A stretch of DNA of 64,000 nt from Candidatus Poribacteria bacterium (GTDB lineage Bacteria > Poribacteria > WGA-4E > PCPOR2b). The notes beneath the pieces were generated by a model. The model saw only the letters and a program-made list of their open reading frames with translations. It made no database searches and was not told the origin of the DNA. Location of the stretch: NCBI GenBank assembly GCA_965208675.1, contig OZ242351.1, positions 2,976,001 to 3,040,000 on the forward strand. Reading direction: 5' to 3'. Below are positions 1 through 8,555 of this stretch, piece by piece. The position numbers were made by a program, and so were the translations under genes. Within the stretch, counting starts at the first letter, position 1, and each line of letters starts with the position of its first letter.

Positions 1-138
1 AGTTGAATAAGTCTTTGGTAACCACAAGCTGACGACTAGTGCAGTTCCCAAAATGAGCAAAATACTCAAGCATATTATGAAATCATGCTTTCGTAAAATT
101 GTGAGATAATCACGTAAATGTACCTCTTGCTGAGGCAT
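1..138 (-). CDS. Wzz/Wzc (GumC-type) polysaccharide chain-length determinant or tyrosine autokinase, N-terminal part (runs off window)
   Basis: Manual translation MPQQEVHLRDYLTILRKHDFIICLSILLILGTALVVSLWLPKTYST matches the typical Wzz N-terminus (xxLRDYLxIL, TM helix, PKxY). Not in the ORF track. Confidence 0.8.
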   Translation of the reverse strand, partial: MPQQEVHLRDYLTILRKHDFIICLSILLILGTALVVSLWLPKTYST

Positions 139-440
139 TGAAAGTGCACTTTCTTATTCTCAAATGCGACCAAAATTGGCGGTACGAATTGAGTTAGAAA
201 CTTGGCACGCTGTTAAGTCAATAGGAACTGTAATGACACAAACGCACCATCGCTAACCAAACTAAAGACTCGCATCTATCAAATTAAGGCGTTTCTTTAA
301 GTTAGTTAAGCCTTCCAATAGTGCGCTGCCCCATACGATTAACGGCGGATTTGAAACTTCCAATCACCGGGATTGGAAGACATTGCTTGATACGCCTGAA
401 TTGTATGTTGATGAGAAAATCTTTACGGTTTTCAGCTAGC

Positions 441-1025
441 TTAATTAAGGTTGTTGGCTAGCTTAATTTCTTCTTCGCTAAACGCTTCATCATGCCACTC
501 TTCAATCCGCCACACGCCGCCTCTTGACTCAAAGATGAACCGATTATTTCCTTCCGCAAACCAGCCTGTAAATCCTCCATCTAAAGATTCACCACTGGCA
601 ACAAACCCTTGGATTCTATAGTGATTATTGACTTCCGCTCTTGTGTTTTCCTCATTCAAAAAGTCAATTTCAGGAGGTTCAGATAGCTCAATTTCGATAT
701 CTTGGAACCGCGTAAAGACGCGAATTGCAGATTCTCTCTCATCATCCCAATTATCGAATATGACATCATCGGTGGTGTCGTCATCTGTTCCCATGTCCGA
801 TACGTAAAGGAATCCGTCCTTCCAATACACGTTCATATACAGTTCGACATCTTCGTTCTCATAGCCTTCCCGCCACTGCTTCAAAACTTTATTTATCGCT
901 GCATATTCCTCAGGTTGGACCTGACCGATTTCTTCAACATCTCCGCAACTAAAAATTAACGCAAAAACTATCAATGAACAACCTGCTCTGGCAAAGCCCT
1001 TTAACATGACTAAAAACACCTCCAT
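441..1025 (-). CDS. Lipoprotein with SnoaL/NTF2-like domain
   Basis: Lipobox IFSC; 'AINKVLKQWREGYENEDVELYMNVY...GVWRIEEW' pattern of NTF2-like folds. Confidence 0.6.
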   Translation of the reverse strand: MEVFLVMLKGFARAGCSLIVFALIFSCGDVEEIGQVQPEEYAAINKVLKQWREGYENEDVELYMNVYWKDGFLYVSDMGTDDDTTDDVIFDNWDDERESAIRVFTRFQDIEIELSEPPEIDFLNEENTRAEVNNHYRIQGFVASGESLDGGFTGWFAEGNNRFIFESRGGVWRIEEWHDEAFSEEEIKLANNLN

Positions 1026-1051
1026 AAAGTTAGGGCTACCTTACTTAACCT

Positions 1052-1606
1052 TTAGAAAATTTTGACAATTCCAATATGAAGTTGGGTTGGCATAACCCCG
1101 AATTGCACTCCTAAATCTTCAATATGTTTGACGTCATCAATAAGCGAATTAGCTTTTGTCTTTGCATTATAAAGGTTGGCGCCAACATAGGAATCTATAA
1201 TGCTGTATGCCCAAACACCAGCTGCTGCCATTAGGAAAAACTGCCGTAGCTTGAATCGCTGATTTGCAAGGTTATAGTATGACAAAGCCTCTGGAGAATC
1301 TCTCTTTTTCTCGGCAGCCGGCACATACTCGTTATCATAGATGTCTTGAAAGGATTTGTGAGCCAACAGACTGCCGACAAGAAGACCCCCAGTCCCGACT
1401 ATAGACACGCTGCCTTGCAGGTAACCTTGTGTGTAGAACTGTCCCCACCCCGGCATAACAACAGAGCGGGCGACCGCAGCAATTGGCGAGACTAGATGAA
1501 CATCTGCTTCCTCTGCGAAGCCTGCCTGTCCTCCCCAAAATATCGTACAAAGGCACACCAACAGTTGAATTAAAAGCAGATGTAATTTGGTAGATTGCCG
1601 ATTCAT
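1052..1606 (-). CDS. DUF5683-like membrane protein
   Basis: 'SPIAAVARSVVMPGWGQFY...WAYSIIDSYV' motif; start moved to MNRQSTK. Confidence 0.65.
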   Translation of the reverse strand: MNRQSTKLHLLLIQLLVCLCTIFWGGQAGFAEEADVHLVSPIAAVARSVVMPGWGQFYTQGYLQGSVSIVGTGGLLVGSLLAHKSFQDIYDNEYVPAAEKKRDSPEALSYYNLANQRFKLRQFFLMAAAGVWAYSIIDSYVGANLYNAKTKANSLIDDVKHIEDLGVQFGVMPTQLHIGIVKIF

Positions 1607-1776
1607 AGCTTTTACCGATCTAAGGCAATAGCGAAAATGTAAAGAACGCCTTAAATTTTGAAAGCACCGAAAATAATAGCAAAAGTCGAAACGCTTGTCA
1701 ACGAAAAACGTTGTCAAAAAGAAAAAAGCAGCCAAAGCATGAATCACCTTGGCTGCTTATTTGTGGCATGTTGTAC

Positions 1777-3282
1777 TTATCTTCTTCGACTATTACGTTT
1801 TGTTCTCGATGTATTTCGACTTCGCTCGCTTTGGCGGGTACTCTGCCCGTCATCATCGTCCTTGTTCCTAGTTGTCGTACGTGAAGGAGATTGTCGAGTG
1901 GATGACGCCCGAGAACGGGATGTCGCGGACGGGATTGGTTTTGAGCGCGATGTCGTCCGAGATGGCGCAGGTCTATACCGTGCCGCAGGAGTGCTCGACG
2001 AACTTCTCGAAATTCGAGAACGAGAATATAGACGACTCCGGCGTTCATTGTTAGATCGCCTGTTGTCCTGTTGACTCTGGTATTGTTGATTCGTTGGACG
2101 GTAACGCGATCTGGATGAAACCTGAGATGGTCTCGAGTATTGGCTCCGCCGCCTTGTCGTAGGATTAAACTCCGTGTTCCTTTTGAATGACTGGCGTTTG
2201 CCCGCAGACATGGAACGCTGCGCCGGCCCCGCAGCAACCGATTCCTGATGGTGTTTTGCTATAACGCCCCGCACACGTTTCTGCACATCCGAGTTTCGCT
2301 TGCCGCTCACCGTCCTTGATAGCCGACTCCTGTTATATTGGTGACGCACAGTCTCATGTTCTTCACTCCACCGGTTAAAGCCGCGTCGATGCGTTTTCAC
2401 ACGGTTTTTAGTGTGCACGTGCACATGTGTACGATTGGAATACGATCGATAATAATACCGTGGGTAGTGCGTGTAATATCGGTGGAGATAGTTGCCGAAG
2501 TCGTATCGAATGGAAAGATAACGCCGATCGTAAAACGGATAACTCCATCGAATATAGTAATCTAGGTCCGTACAATAGTAAAACGGACCGTCGTAAAAGT
2601 AGTGGTAGGTATATCTATGCCAAGGGCGCCAGTCGTAACTTCGAGCGTAGCGGTGAACAACGCGAAAATCAGGCCGGCGTTTATACGTCAAAACGTCGAT
2701 ATGTTCAACATCAAGTTGTTCGCCGTCTTCAACAACGATGTGCATTTCCAGTTCACCGTCAGCAACATGGCCGGCAGCAGCAATTTTAATCGTTTCTGAG
2801 CGCCGTTTCGCTCGTAAGAAAAATGTATCACCATATCTAGTCTCAGCCGCATGTTTATCGTCGTAATGGCGACTAGCGTATTCCCGTTTGGTGTTGCGAA
2901 CCCAAACGCGCCCCACAACTTTTTCTTGGCCTTCAAGTTCAGCGTCGCGCGGTTCCCCTCGGTACCGAACTAGAATTTCAACATACTGTGCCTGCCGCGG
3001 AATTTCAAAGAAATAAACTGCGCTTGCAATCGCAAATTCGTGGTCGCCTTGTTCGTTAAACTCGCCGCCCCAAGCCGTTAAACGGATGCCGTCTTCAAAA
3101 CGCGGACTCGCAGTCACAGTTGCATTACCGCGCTCAATCCAATCATCAGCATCACCAGCCTCTCGATGTTCTCGACCCAGCAAATCTGATAAATATTCGT
3201 ATTCATAATCTGCTTGAGCAAAAGCTGTAGACAATACCCCTAAAATTATGAGTAGTATAGAGATATTGATTCGGGATTTCAT
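1777..3282 (-). CDS. Secreted hypothetical protein with Tyr-rich middle and Arg/Ser-rich low-complexity tail
   Basis: Signal peptide MKSRINISILLIILGVLSTAFAQA after RBS GGAGG; long open frame. Confidence 0.65.
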   Translation of the reverse strand: MKSRINISILLIILGVLSTAFAQADYEYEYLSDLLGREHREAGDADDWIERGNATVTASPRFEDGIRLTAWGGEFNEQGDHEFAIASAVYFFEIPRQAQYVEILVRYRGEPRDAELEGQEKVVGRVWVRNTKREYASRHYDDKHAAETRYGDTFFLRAKRRSETIKIAAAGHVADGELEMHIVVEDGEQLDVEHIDVLTYKRRPDFRVVHRYARSYDWRPWHRYTYHYFYDGPFYYCTDLDYYIRWSYPFYDRRYLSIRYDFGNYLHRYYTHYPRYYYRSYSNRTHVHVHTKNRVKTHRRGFNRWSEEHETVRHQYNRSRLSRTVSGKRNSDVQKRVRGVIAKHHQESVAAGPAQRSMSAGKRQSFKRNTEFNPTTRRRSQYSRPSQVSSRSRYRPTNQQYQSQQDNRRSNNERRSRLYSRSRISRSSSSTPAARYRPAPSRTTSRSKPIPSATSRSRASSTRQSPSRTTTRNKDDDDGQSTRQSERSRNTSRTKRNSRRR

Positions 3283-3546
3283 GACAAATCCTCCGTAAAT
3301 TCGTTTCATTCTGAAGTAGTGTAACAGCATGCCGACCCTCCTTAATTCGGGTACCTTCTCATGCTGTATGAAAAATTATCCTCATTCGCTCGTAGTATGA
3401 ATAAGTCTAGCAAAATAGATGCCAAGTAAATTTCGCCTCTAGAATCAAGACTGAGCCGAAGTTGAATTAGCCGCCGTTGTAGAAAGTGTGGCAACAGTGA
3501 TACAACCTGTGGCGAAAGTAATACCTACTTCCAGCCAATATCTTAA

Positions 3547-4434
3547 GAGCCTGTTTGAAAAGTCATTTGATTCGATTTTGCATTAAGTAAATGGAAGCGA
3601 TGTACACCATAGTCTCAGCAGTCCTAAGGATAGCGTTCATAATCCAAAGTCAATCGACGAAACCAACCAAGCCAAGAAAATGTGCGCTCAACAATCCATC
3701 GTAACGGGATAACTTCAAACTTCTCCCGTCCTAGCGTAGATGCAATCTCCAGTTGACATTGATGAGCAAAATATAACCAGTCTTCCAATTCTCCACGATA
3801 GGCGGCATCGGCACACACCAACTGAATGGTTATGTACCAGCTAAACACTTCTGTTAGTAACTCGATAGCAATCTGATTATCACTGACATTCGCGTCAGTG
3901 ACTTTGACCATCAATGGAATACCCGTCGTATCCGTTACTAGATGTCGTTTGCGTCCTTTGACCTTCTTGTGACCATCAAAACCGCGAGTCGTCGCCAGTT
4001 CAGTTGTCTTAATGGATTGGCTGTCAATGATAGCTGCTGTCGGTGATGGTTCTTTGCCACCATCACAGCGTGATTGTTCGTGAAGTGCCTGATGAATCAA
4101 GAGCCATGTATTGTCGGCTTCCCACTTCCTAAAATGGTAATAGACGGTTTGCCACGGTGGCATATCGTATGGTAGCATTCGCCACTGGCAACCGGACTTG
4201 ACGACATAAAAGATGGCATGGACAATTAAGTACATCTCCCATTTTAGAGGTCTACCTAATGGTTGAGGGGTTGGCAGAAACGCTGACAGTTTCTGCCATT
4301 GTACATCGGTCAAATCACTAGGATAACGTTTTCGGTTCATGTTTACTCCCTTCATTGGTTCGGAATCAACTGCTCCAGTGAGTAAACGTAAACATCAACC
4401 GTTCAGACATCTTTTTTCTTTTTCAAACAGGCTC
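3547..4434 (-). mobile_element. IS5-family insertion sequence (IS1031-like), 888 bp
   Basis: Terminal inverted repeats GAGCCTGTTTGAAAA (3547-3561) and TTTTCAAACAGGCTC (4420-4434); TAA direct repeat at 3544-3546 and 4435-4437; internal DDE transposase. Confidence 0.92.
3563..4340 (-). pseudogene. IS5-family transposase with a 1-bp frameshift near the C-terminus
   Basis: MNRKRYPSDLTD...IIDSQSIK...KGRKRH...ADAAY...WIVERTFSW. The frame stops at ERYP* (3624), but the expected tail RTAETMVYIASIYLMQNRIK* continues in the +1 frame to 3563. Confidence 0.8.
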
Positions 4435-5207
4435 TAAATCACTTTAGATTTATCTATCAATCGGATGCCTCTTTCAGCCGCCAAATCACGCGCTAGTGGT
4501 GTGATTACGACAGGATTGGTATAGACAAACTCTTGAACTGAAGGTGCGAGGTTCGCAATAATTGAACTGCTAATCACTGTTTTTGCCCCCTTTCCATCGA
4601 CAGGGCAAAGGCTCAAGGAACCGCCGCTTAGTAGTGTTTCAGCTAGCTGCTCAATTGGCGCGAACTGAATACCAAAATTTGACAGCGTTTTGACGTAATT
4701 CCGCTCCAATATTGAATTTTGGGATGTCGTTTCTGTTTCGTCAAATCCTTCGATGAAATCAGAGGCCGCGATAACGCTATCGCCGCGACGCAGCGCTTGA
4801 AAAATTAGATAAGTACATGGTGTATCCGCGATTCCCAACGCAAGCTTCGCTGCCATCGGATGAGATAAAATCGGAACGGCAATTTTATTCTGTCTCTCGG
4901 CAAAATCGGCCAAGTCCGTGATGTCCTCGCAAGTGAGAACTTTTTCCTCGCCGCATACCGACTGAATTGCTTCCTTGTCCAAAAGTCTAGCAGCCAGATC
5001 GGACAATATTGCCGTTGTATCGTAACCACCTTTCATGCACGCTTCAAGTTGGTTCAGTATCGGTGCGAGATTGACTTGCGCTGCGTCAAAAATTGCTAGC
5101 AGTCGTTTATCAGGGACAGCCGGCGAAGCGGAAATCGCCCGCTGCTCCAGCACCGCCTTGACCTCTTCTTCTATTATTCGTCTATCAGGCTCCTCCCTGG
5201 CCTCCAC
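4434..5207 (-). CDS. BMC-locus-associated flavoprotein-like protein
   Basis: Co-oriented with pduL and BMC-H; 'AVPILSHPMAAKLALGIADT' flavoprotein-like segment; C-terminal 'VITPLARDLAAERGIRL' motif common in BMC accessory proteins. Confidence 0.6.
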   Translation of the reverse strand: MEAREEPDRRIIEEEVKAVLEQRAISASPAVPDKRLLAIFDAAQVNLAPILNQLEACMKGGYDTTAILSDLAARLLDKEAIQSVCGEEKVLTCEDITDLADFAERQNKIAVPILSHPMAAKLALGIADTPCTYLIFQALRRGDSVIAASDFIEGFDETETTSQNSILERNYVKTLSNFGIQFAPIEQLAETLLSGGSLSLCPVDGKGAKTVISSSIIANLAPSVQEFVYTNPVVITPLARDLAAERGIRLIDKSKVI

Positions 5208-5218
5208 TGATACAACTC

Positions 5219-5926
5219 CTAATCGCGCGACAACTCTATGGCTTCACCGCCGCGTAAACCCGCAGAATTGGCATCGTCAGTATCCAAGTGCATCTGAAGC
5301 ACATAACTCGGCGAGATTTTGGGACGAATGTTTTCGAAAGTCAAAGCACGATTACCGTGGATATGAACTTTAAGCGAATCATCTTCACATACGCCAAGAC
5401 GTTTCGCGTCCTCCGGCGTCATATGAATATGACGTGTCGCGCAAATCGCCCCTTGCTCCAAAAAAATCGAACCGTTCGGACCGATTAAGGTTATCGGTTC
5501 GGAATTTTCAATATCTCCTGAATCACGTATCGGCGGGTCAAGCCCTAAACGAATTGCATCAGTGCGTGCCAGCTCAACTTGTGTATAGCCCCTCACCGGG
5601 CCCAGGATGCGAATCCCTTCAATAGCGCGGATCCGCCGACCAACAATGGTCACTGTTTCGGCGGCCGCAAATGCCCCCGGCTGAAATAAAGGAGCATGGG
5701 CTACCAGTTGGTGACCTGCACCGTAAAGGATTTCCAAGTGCTCCTGCGTAACATGCGCGTGTCTGGCCGAAACCCCAACAGGTATCTTGTTCCGTTTTAA
5801 GACAGCGTCGCACGCACGATCCCCGACCGCACAAGTTCGCAAAACACAACCGCTGCAAGGATGCTCGGTTTGTAGTTGTTCAAGCACTTTATGAGTAATC
5901 AACTCAATCAGCGCCTCGTCACGCAT
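5219..5926 (-). CDS. pduL: Phosphate propanoyltransferase (PduL-type phosphotransacylase)
   Basis: IPVGVSARHAH, QPGAFAA, RILGPVR, RHIHMTP, MHLDTDDAN motifs. Confidence 0.93.
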   Translation of the reverse strand: MRDEALIELITHKVLEQLQTEHPCSGCVLRTCAVGDRACDAVLKRNKIPVGVSARHAHVTQEHLEILYGAGHQLVAHAPLFQPGAFAAAETVTIVGRRIRAIEGIRILGPVRGYTQVELARTDAIRLGLDPPIRDSGDIENSEPITLIGPNGSIFLEQGAICATRHIHMTPEDAKRLGVCEDDSLKVHIHGNRALTFENIRPKISPSYVLQMHLDTDDANSAGLRGGEAIELSRD

Positions 5927-5938
5927 CCGCCGTCTTCC

Positions 5939-6268
5939 TTAACTTGACGAATCTCCTTCAACTAAATCAATAGCCAGTGCATTGTCTGATGCTTCCTGTG
6001 ACGGTAAAATCAATTCCACTTCAGCATGCGGCCTCGGAATGACATGGACAGAAACTACTTCTCCCACCCTTGCCGCCGCCTCTGCTCCAACATCTGTCGC
6101 AGCTTTGACCGCCCCGACATCGCCGCGAACCATGACAGTAACGTAGCCCCCACCTATCGATTCGCGCCCAATGAGTTTAACATTTGCGGCTTTGACCATC
6201 GCATCCGCGGCCTCAACACTTCCGACAAAACCTCTTGTTTCAACTAACCCTAAAGCGTCGCCTGCCAT
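5939..6268 (-). CDS. Bacterial microcompartment hexameric shell protein (PduA/EutM-like)
   Basis: [26 protein letters not shown]...[10 protein letters not shown]...VHVIPRPH. Confidence 0.95.
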   Translation of the reverse strand: MAGDALGLVETRGFVGSVEAADAMVKAANVKLIGRESIGGGYVTVMVRGDVGAVKAATDVGAEAAARVGEVVSVHVIPRPHAEVELILPSQEASDNALAIDLVEGDSSS

Positions 6269-6586
6269 CTGGTAAAGCACCCTCCTAGTTTCGTTATTAT
6301 TGGAATATTAGCAGTATATCACAATGTCTAACCCGATTCAAGCCTTTCTAACTTAAGCTCACGGCTGCATATAATGAATTGTTGCTAACACCCAGTCGTC
6401 TCTTATGCCTAATTTCAAATCAAAGTTAATTATTCGACAACTTGCCAAAATCTCAAATGTCTCACTTTTTTAATCTGAAACCGAGTTTTTTTCTTGAAAA
6501 CGCGGTTTCTTTCACCGATCAAAATAGGGTTGCAAAAGCCGTCTGTTATTCACAACCCAAGAAACGATTACAAGCGGCGGCCGGAT

Positions 6587-7444
6587 TTAGTTGTATTTAA
6601 TCGCAGCCCACGTGGTAGCGAGCTTATCCTTCGGTTTGACAGCTAGCGCCTCCGAATCGAGCCTTGAGAGTTTCTCGATTTCCACTACAGAAAGTGCACG
6701 GCCGAAGATTACCACATCATCTATGATACCGTCGATGTACTCCCAGTTGTTAACATCATCGCCGCGCCCCCGCGACGCGCCGACAAGAATCGGAAAACCC
6801 GGAAAGGTCGCGTAGGGCGCCGTCAGCGCCATCGGGTCCCGTCCGGCCGCCCCATGAAATCCGTCAGTGACATGCGCGGGTTTGCCGTTAAGAAACCCCT
6901 GGATGGTTTCTCCGTTCCCAACTTGCGCCATATGAATCCAAGTATCAAGCTTGTATGCGCCGCGAACATTAAACCACCCTTCCGGATTAGCAGCGCCTCG
7001 TTCCGGCTTATTATCCACCGCACCCTTCACATTATTTGAACCGTACGTCAGGTCGGTGTCGTTGAGTGTACCCATCCGAATATGGAAGTTTGGTCCCCAA
7101 CCGATTTTCTCGCCCTTGAAAATTATCGCGCCGTGATCGCTCGACTTCCGAATGAACGCCCACGCAGCGTGTGTGAATTCATCAGCCATCGCATCCATCG
7201 ATTTGTCATCGGGTATCTCTACGTAGGCATCCACTCCGTTGACATCAAGACCGAGTCCGTGCTTACCCGGTGCAAATCTTGCGCCGCCTCTTAAGATACC
7301 GTCATTGCGGCCAGTTATATCGTCTGCGGTTTCATCGTTAAACGTCAAAACGGTAATAACACCATCTCTCAACGCCCCCAATGCGGCACTCGCAATGGCG
7401 CACAGCGCAACAACCACGACGAAGTAGCGGCAATACCGTAGCAT
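6587..7444 (-). CDS. Secreted LamG-like jellyroll protein
   Basis: Signal peptide; WIHMAQV, GIIDDVVIFGRAL motifs; C-terminal AVKPKDKLATTWAAIK. Confidence 0.85.
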   Translation of the reverse strand: MLRYCRYFVVVVALCAIASAALGALRDGVITVLTFNDETADDITGRNDGILRGGARFAPGKHGLGLDVNGVDAYVEIPDDKSMDAMADEFTHAAWAFIRKSSDHGAIIFKGEKIGWGPNFHIRMGTLNDTDLTYGSNNVKGAVDNKPERGAANPEGWFNVRGAYKLDTWIHMAQVGNGETIQGFLNGKPAHVTDGFHGAAGRDPMALTAPYATFPGFPILVGASRGRGDDVNNWEYIDGIIDDVVIFGRALSVVEIEKLSRLDSEALAVKPKDKLATTWAAIKYN

Positions 7445-7705
7445 AGAAAACCTCCTTATCGGAATCATGCATTTCTAATTAAATTCTTCGCGAAAGATAA
7501 AAATTATAACGTAAGATTAACAGGGCGAATGTCCGATCTTCATACGCGCCAATTCCATAAATTTGGAAAACGTACGTTCAAGATCGAAATTATATCATTT
7601 CCCGCTCGCTTACATCCACCATAATCTTGCAGAGTATTACGCAATTAAACCGAGCCGGATTCGCAGTATTTACCAAGAGAGTCGCGCCAATTATTCCACA
7701 CCAAT

Positions 7706-7976
7706 CCGGTTAACTCAATAATACATCTCCTTCCTTAACAAGGAGGAGTTAGGGGAGGTTGTAGATTGCGTTGTACCATCAACTGAACAATTTCGGACTA
7801 AATGGTGTAATTTTAATTGCAGCTACTATAGTGTTCACAAGACTGCGACGCCGCATTATCGGAGGATTTTCTTTTTATATCCCCCTCCTTACCAAGCCGG
7901 TTCATTCAATTTACATCCCCCTCCTTACCAAGGAGGGGTAAGGGGAGGTTCTAGGTTACGTTGAAACATCAACTCA
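7706..7976. repeat. Two ~80-bp imperfect direct repeats (7706-7785, 7897-7976) plus a partial copy, each with a CTCCTT-nnn-AAGGAGG REP-like hairpin
   Basis: ACATCTCCTTCCTTAACAAGGAGGAGTTAGGGGAGGTT versus ACATCCCCCTCCTTACCAAGGAGGGGTAAGGGGAGGTT, with similarity continuing to CATCAACT. Confidence 0.75.
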
Positions 7977-8217
7977 GCGATTAACGGCGGGATAGTTTTG
8001 GGGCTGACACCCCATATTGATTGAATGAAAGGCGATGCTCAATTTTTATTGGCAGCGACTTTAACTTTTTTCATCGCCGTAAGCCCTTGGTTGTTTTAAT
8101 CCGCAGCTTCATTCCACTAACTCCAATGTCGAGACCATGCCGCCCGTCCTTAACCCGATGGATTGGCTGAGGCAAGCTATGCTGGCGGAAATATCACTCT
8201 CATTGGAATATAGTCAA

Positions 8218-8464
8218 TAGAAATCTTTCCAAAATAATTCCGCCGCCCGATAGCCCCAGACGGGATCTTCGATCGTCAAATCGAAGATAGTTTTTTCAGA
8301 CAAATAGAAATCACTGTTACACATCAACATCTAGCCCCAGAGGGGCGGCAGGTGTAAAACGACTACCCTCACATTGGGCTAATACGCTGTAGGGGCAACC
8401 CTTGTGGTTGCCCGTAACACTTCGGTTTTGTCAACCACATTGAGTTAATTAGGAACGATGTCTA
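8218..8464. mobile_element. MITE-like element, copy 1 (inverted copy at 44987-45204)
   Basis: Imperfect TIRs TAGAAATCTTTCC / GGAACGATGTCTA; about 200 bp nearly identical to the reverse complement of 44987-45204. Confidence 0.8.
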
Positions 8465-8555
8465 ATGATGCGCCCGTTTGACACAAACTGTGGATTCAGG
8501 TAAAATAACGATAACCATTGCAAGCAAATTTCAAGTCACGGCAGGTAAAGAGGAT

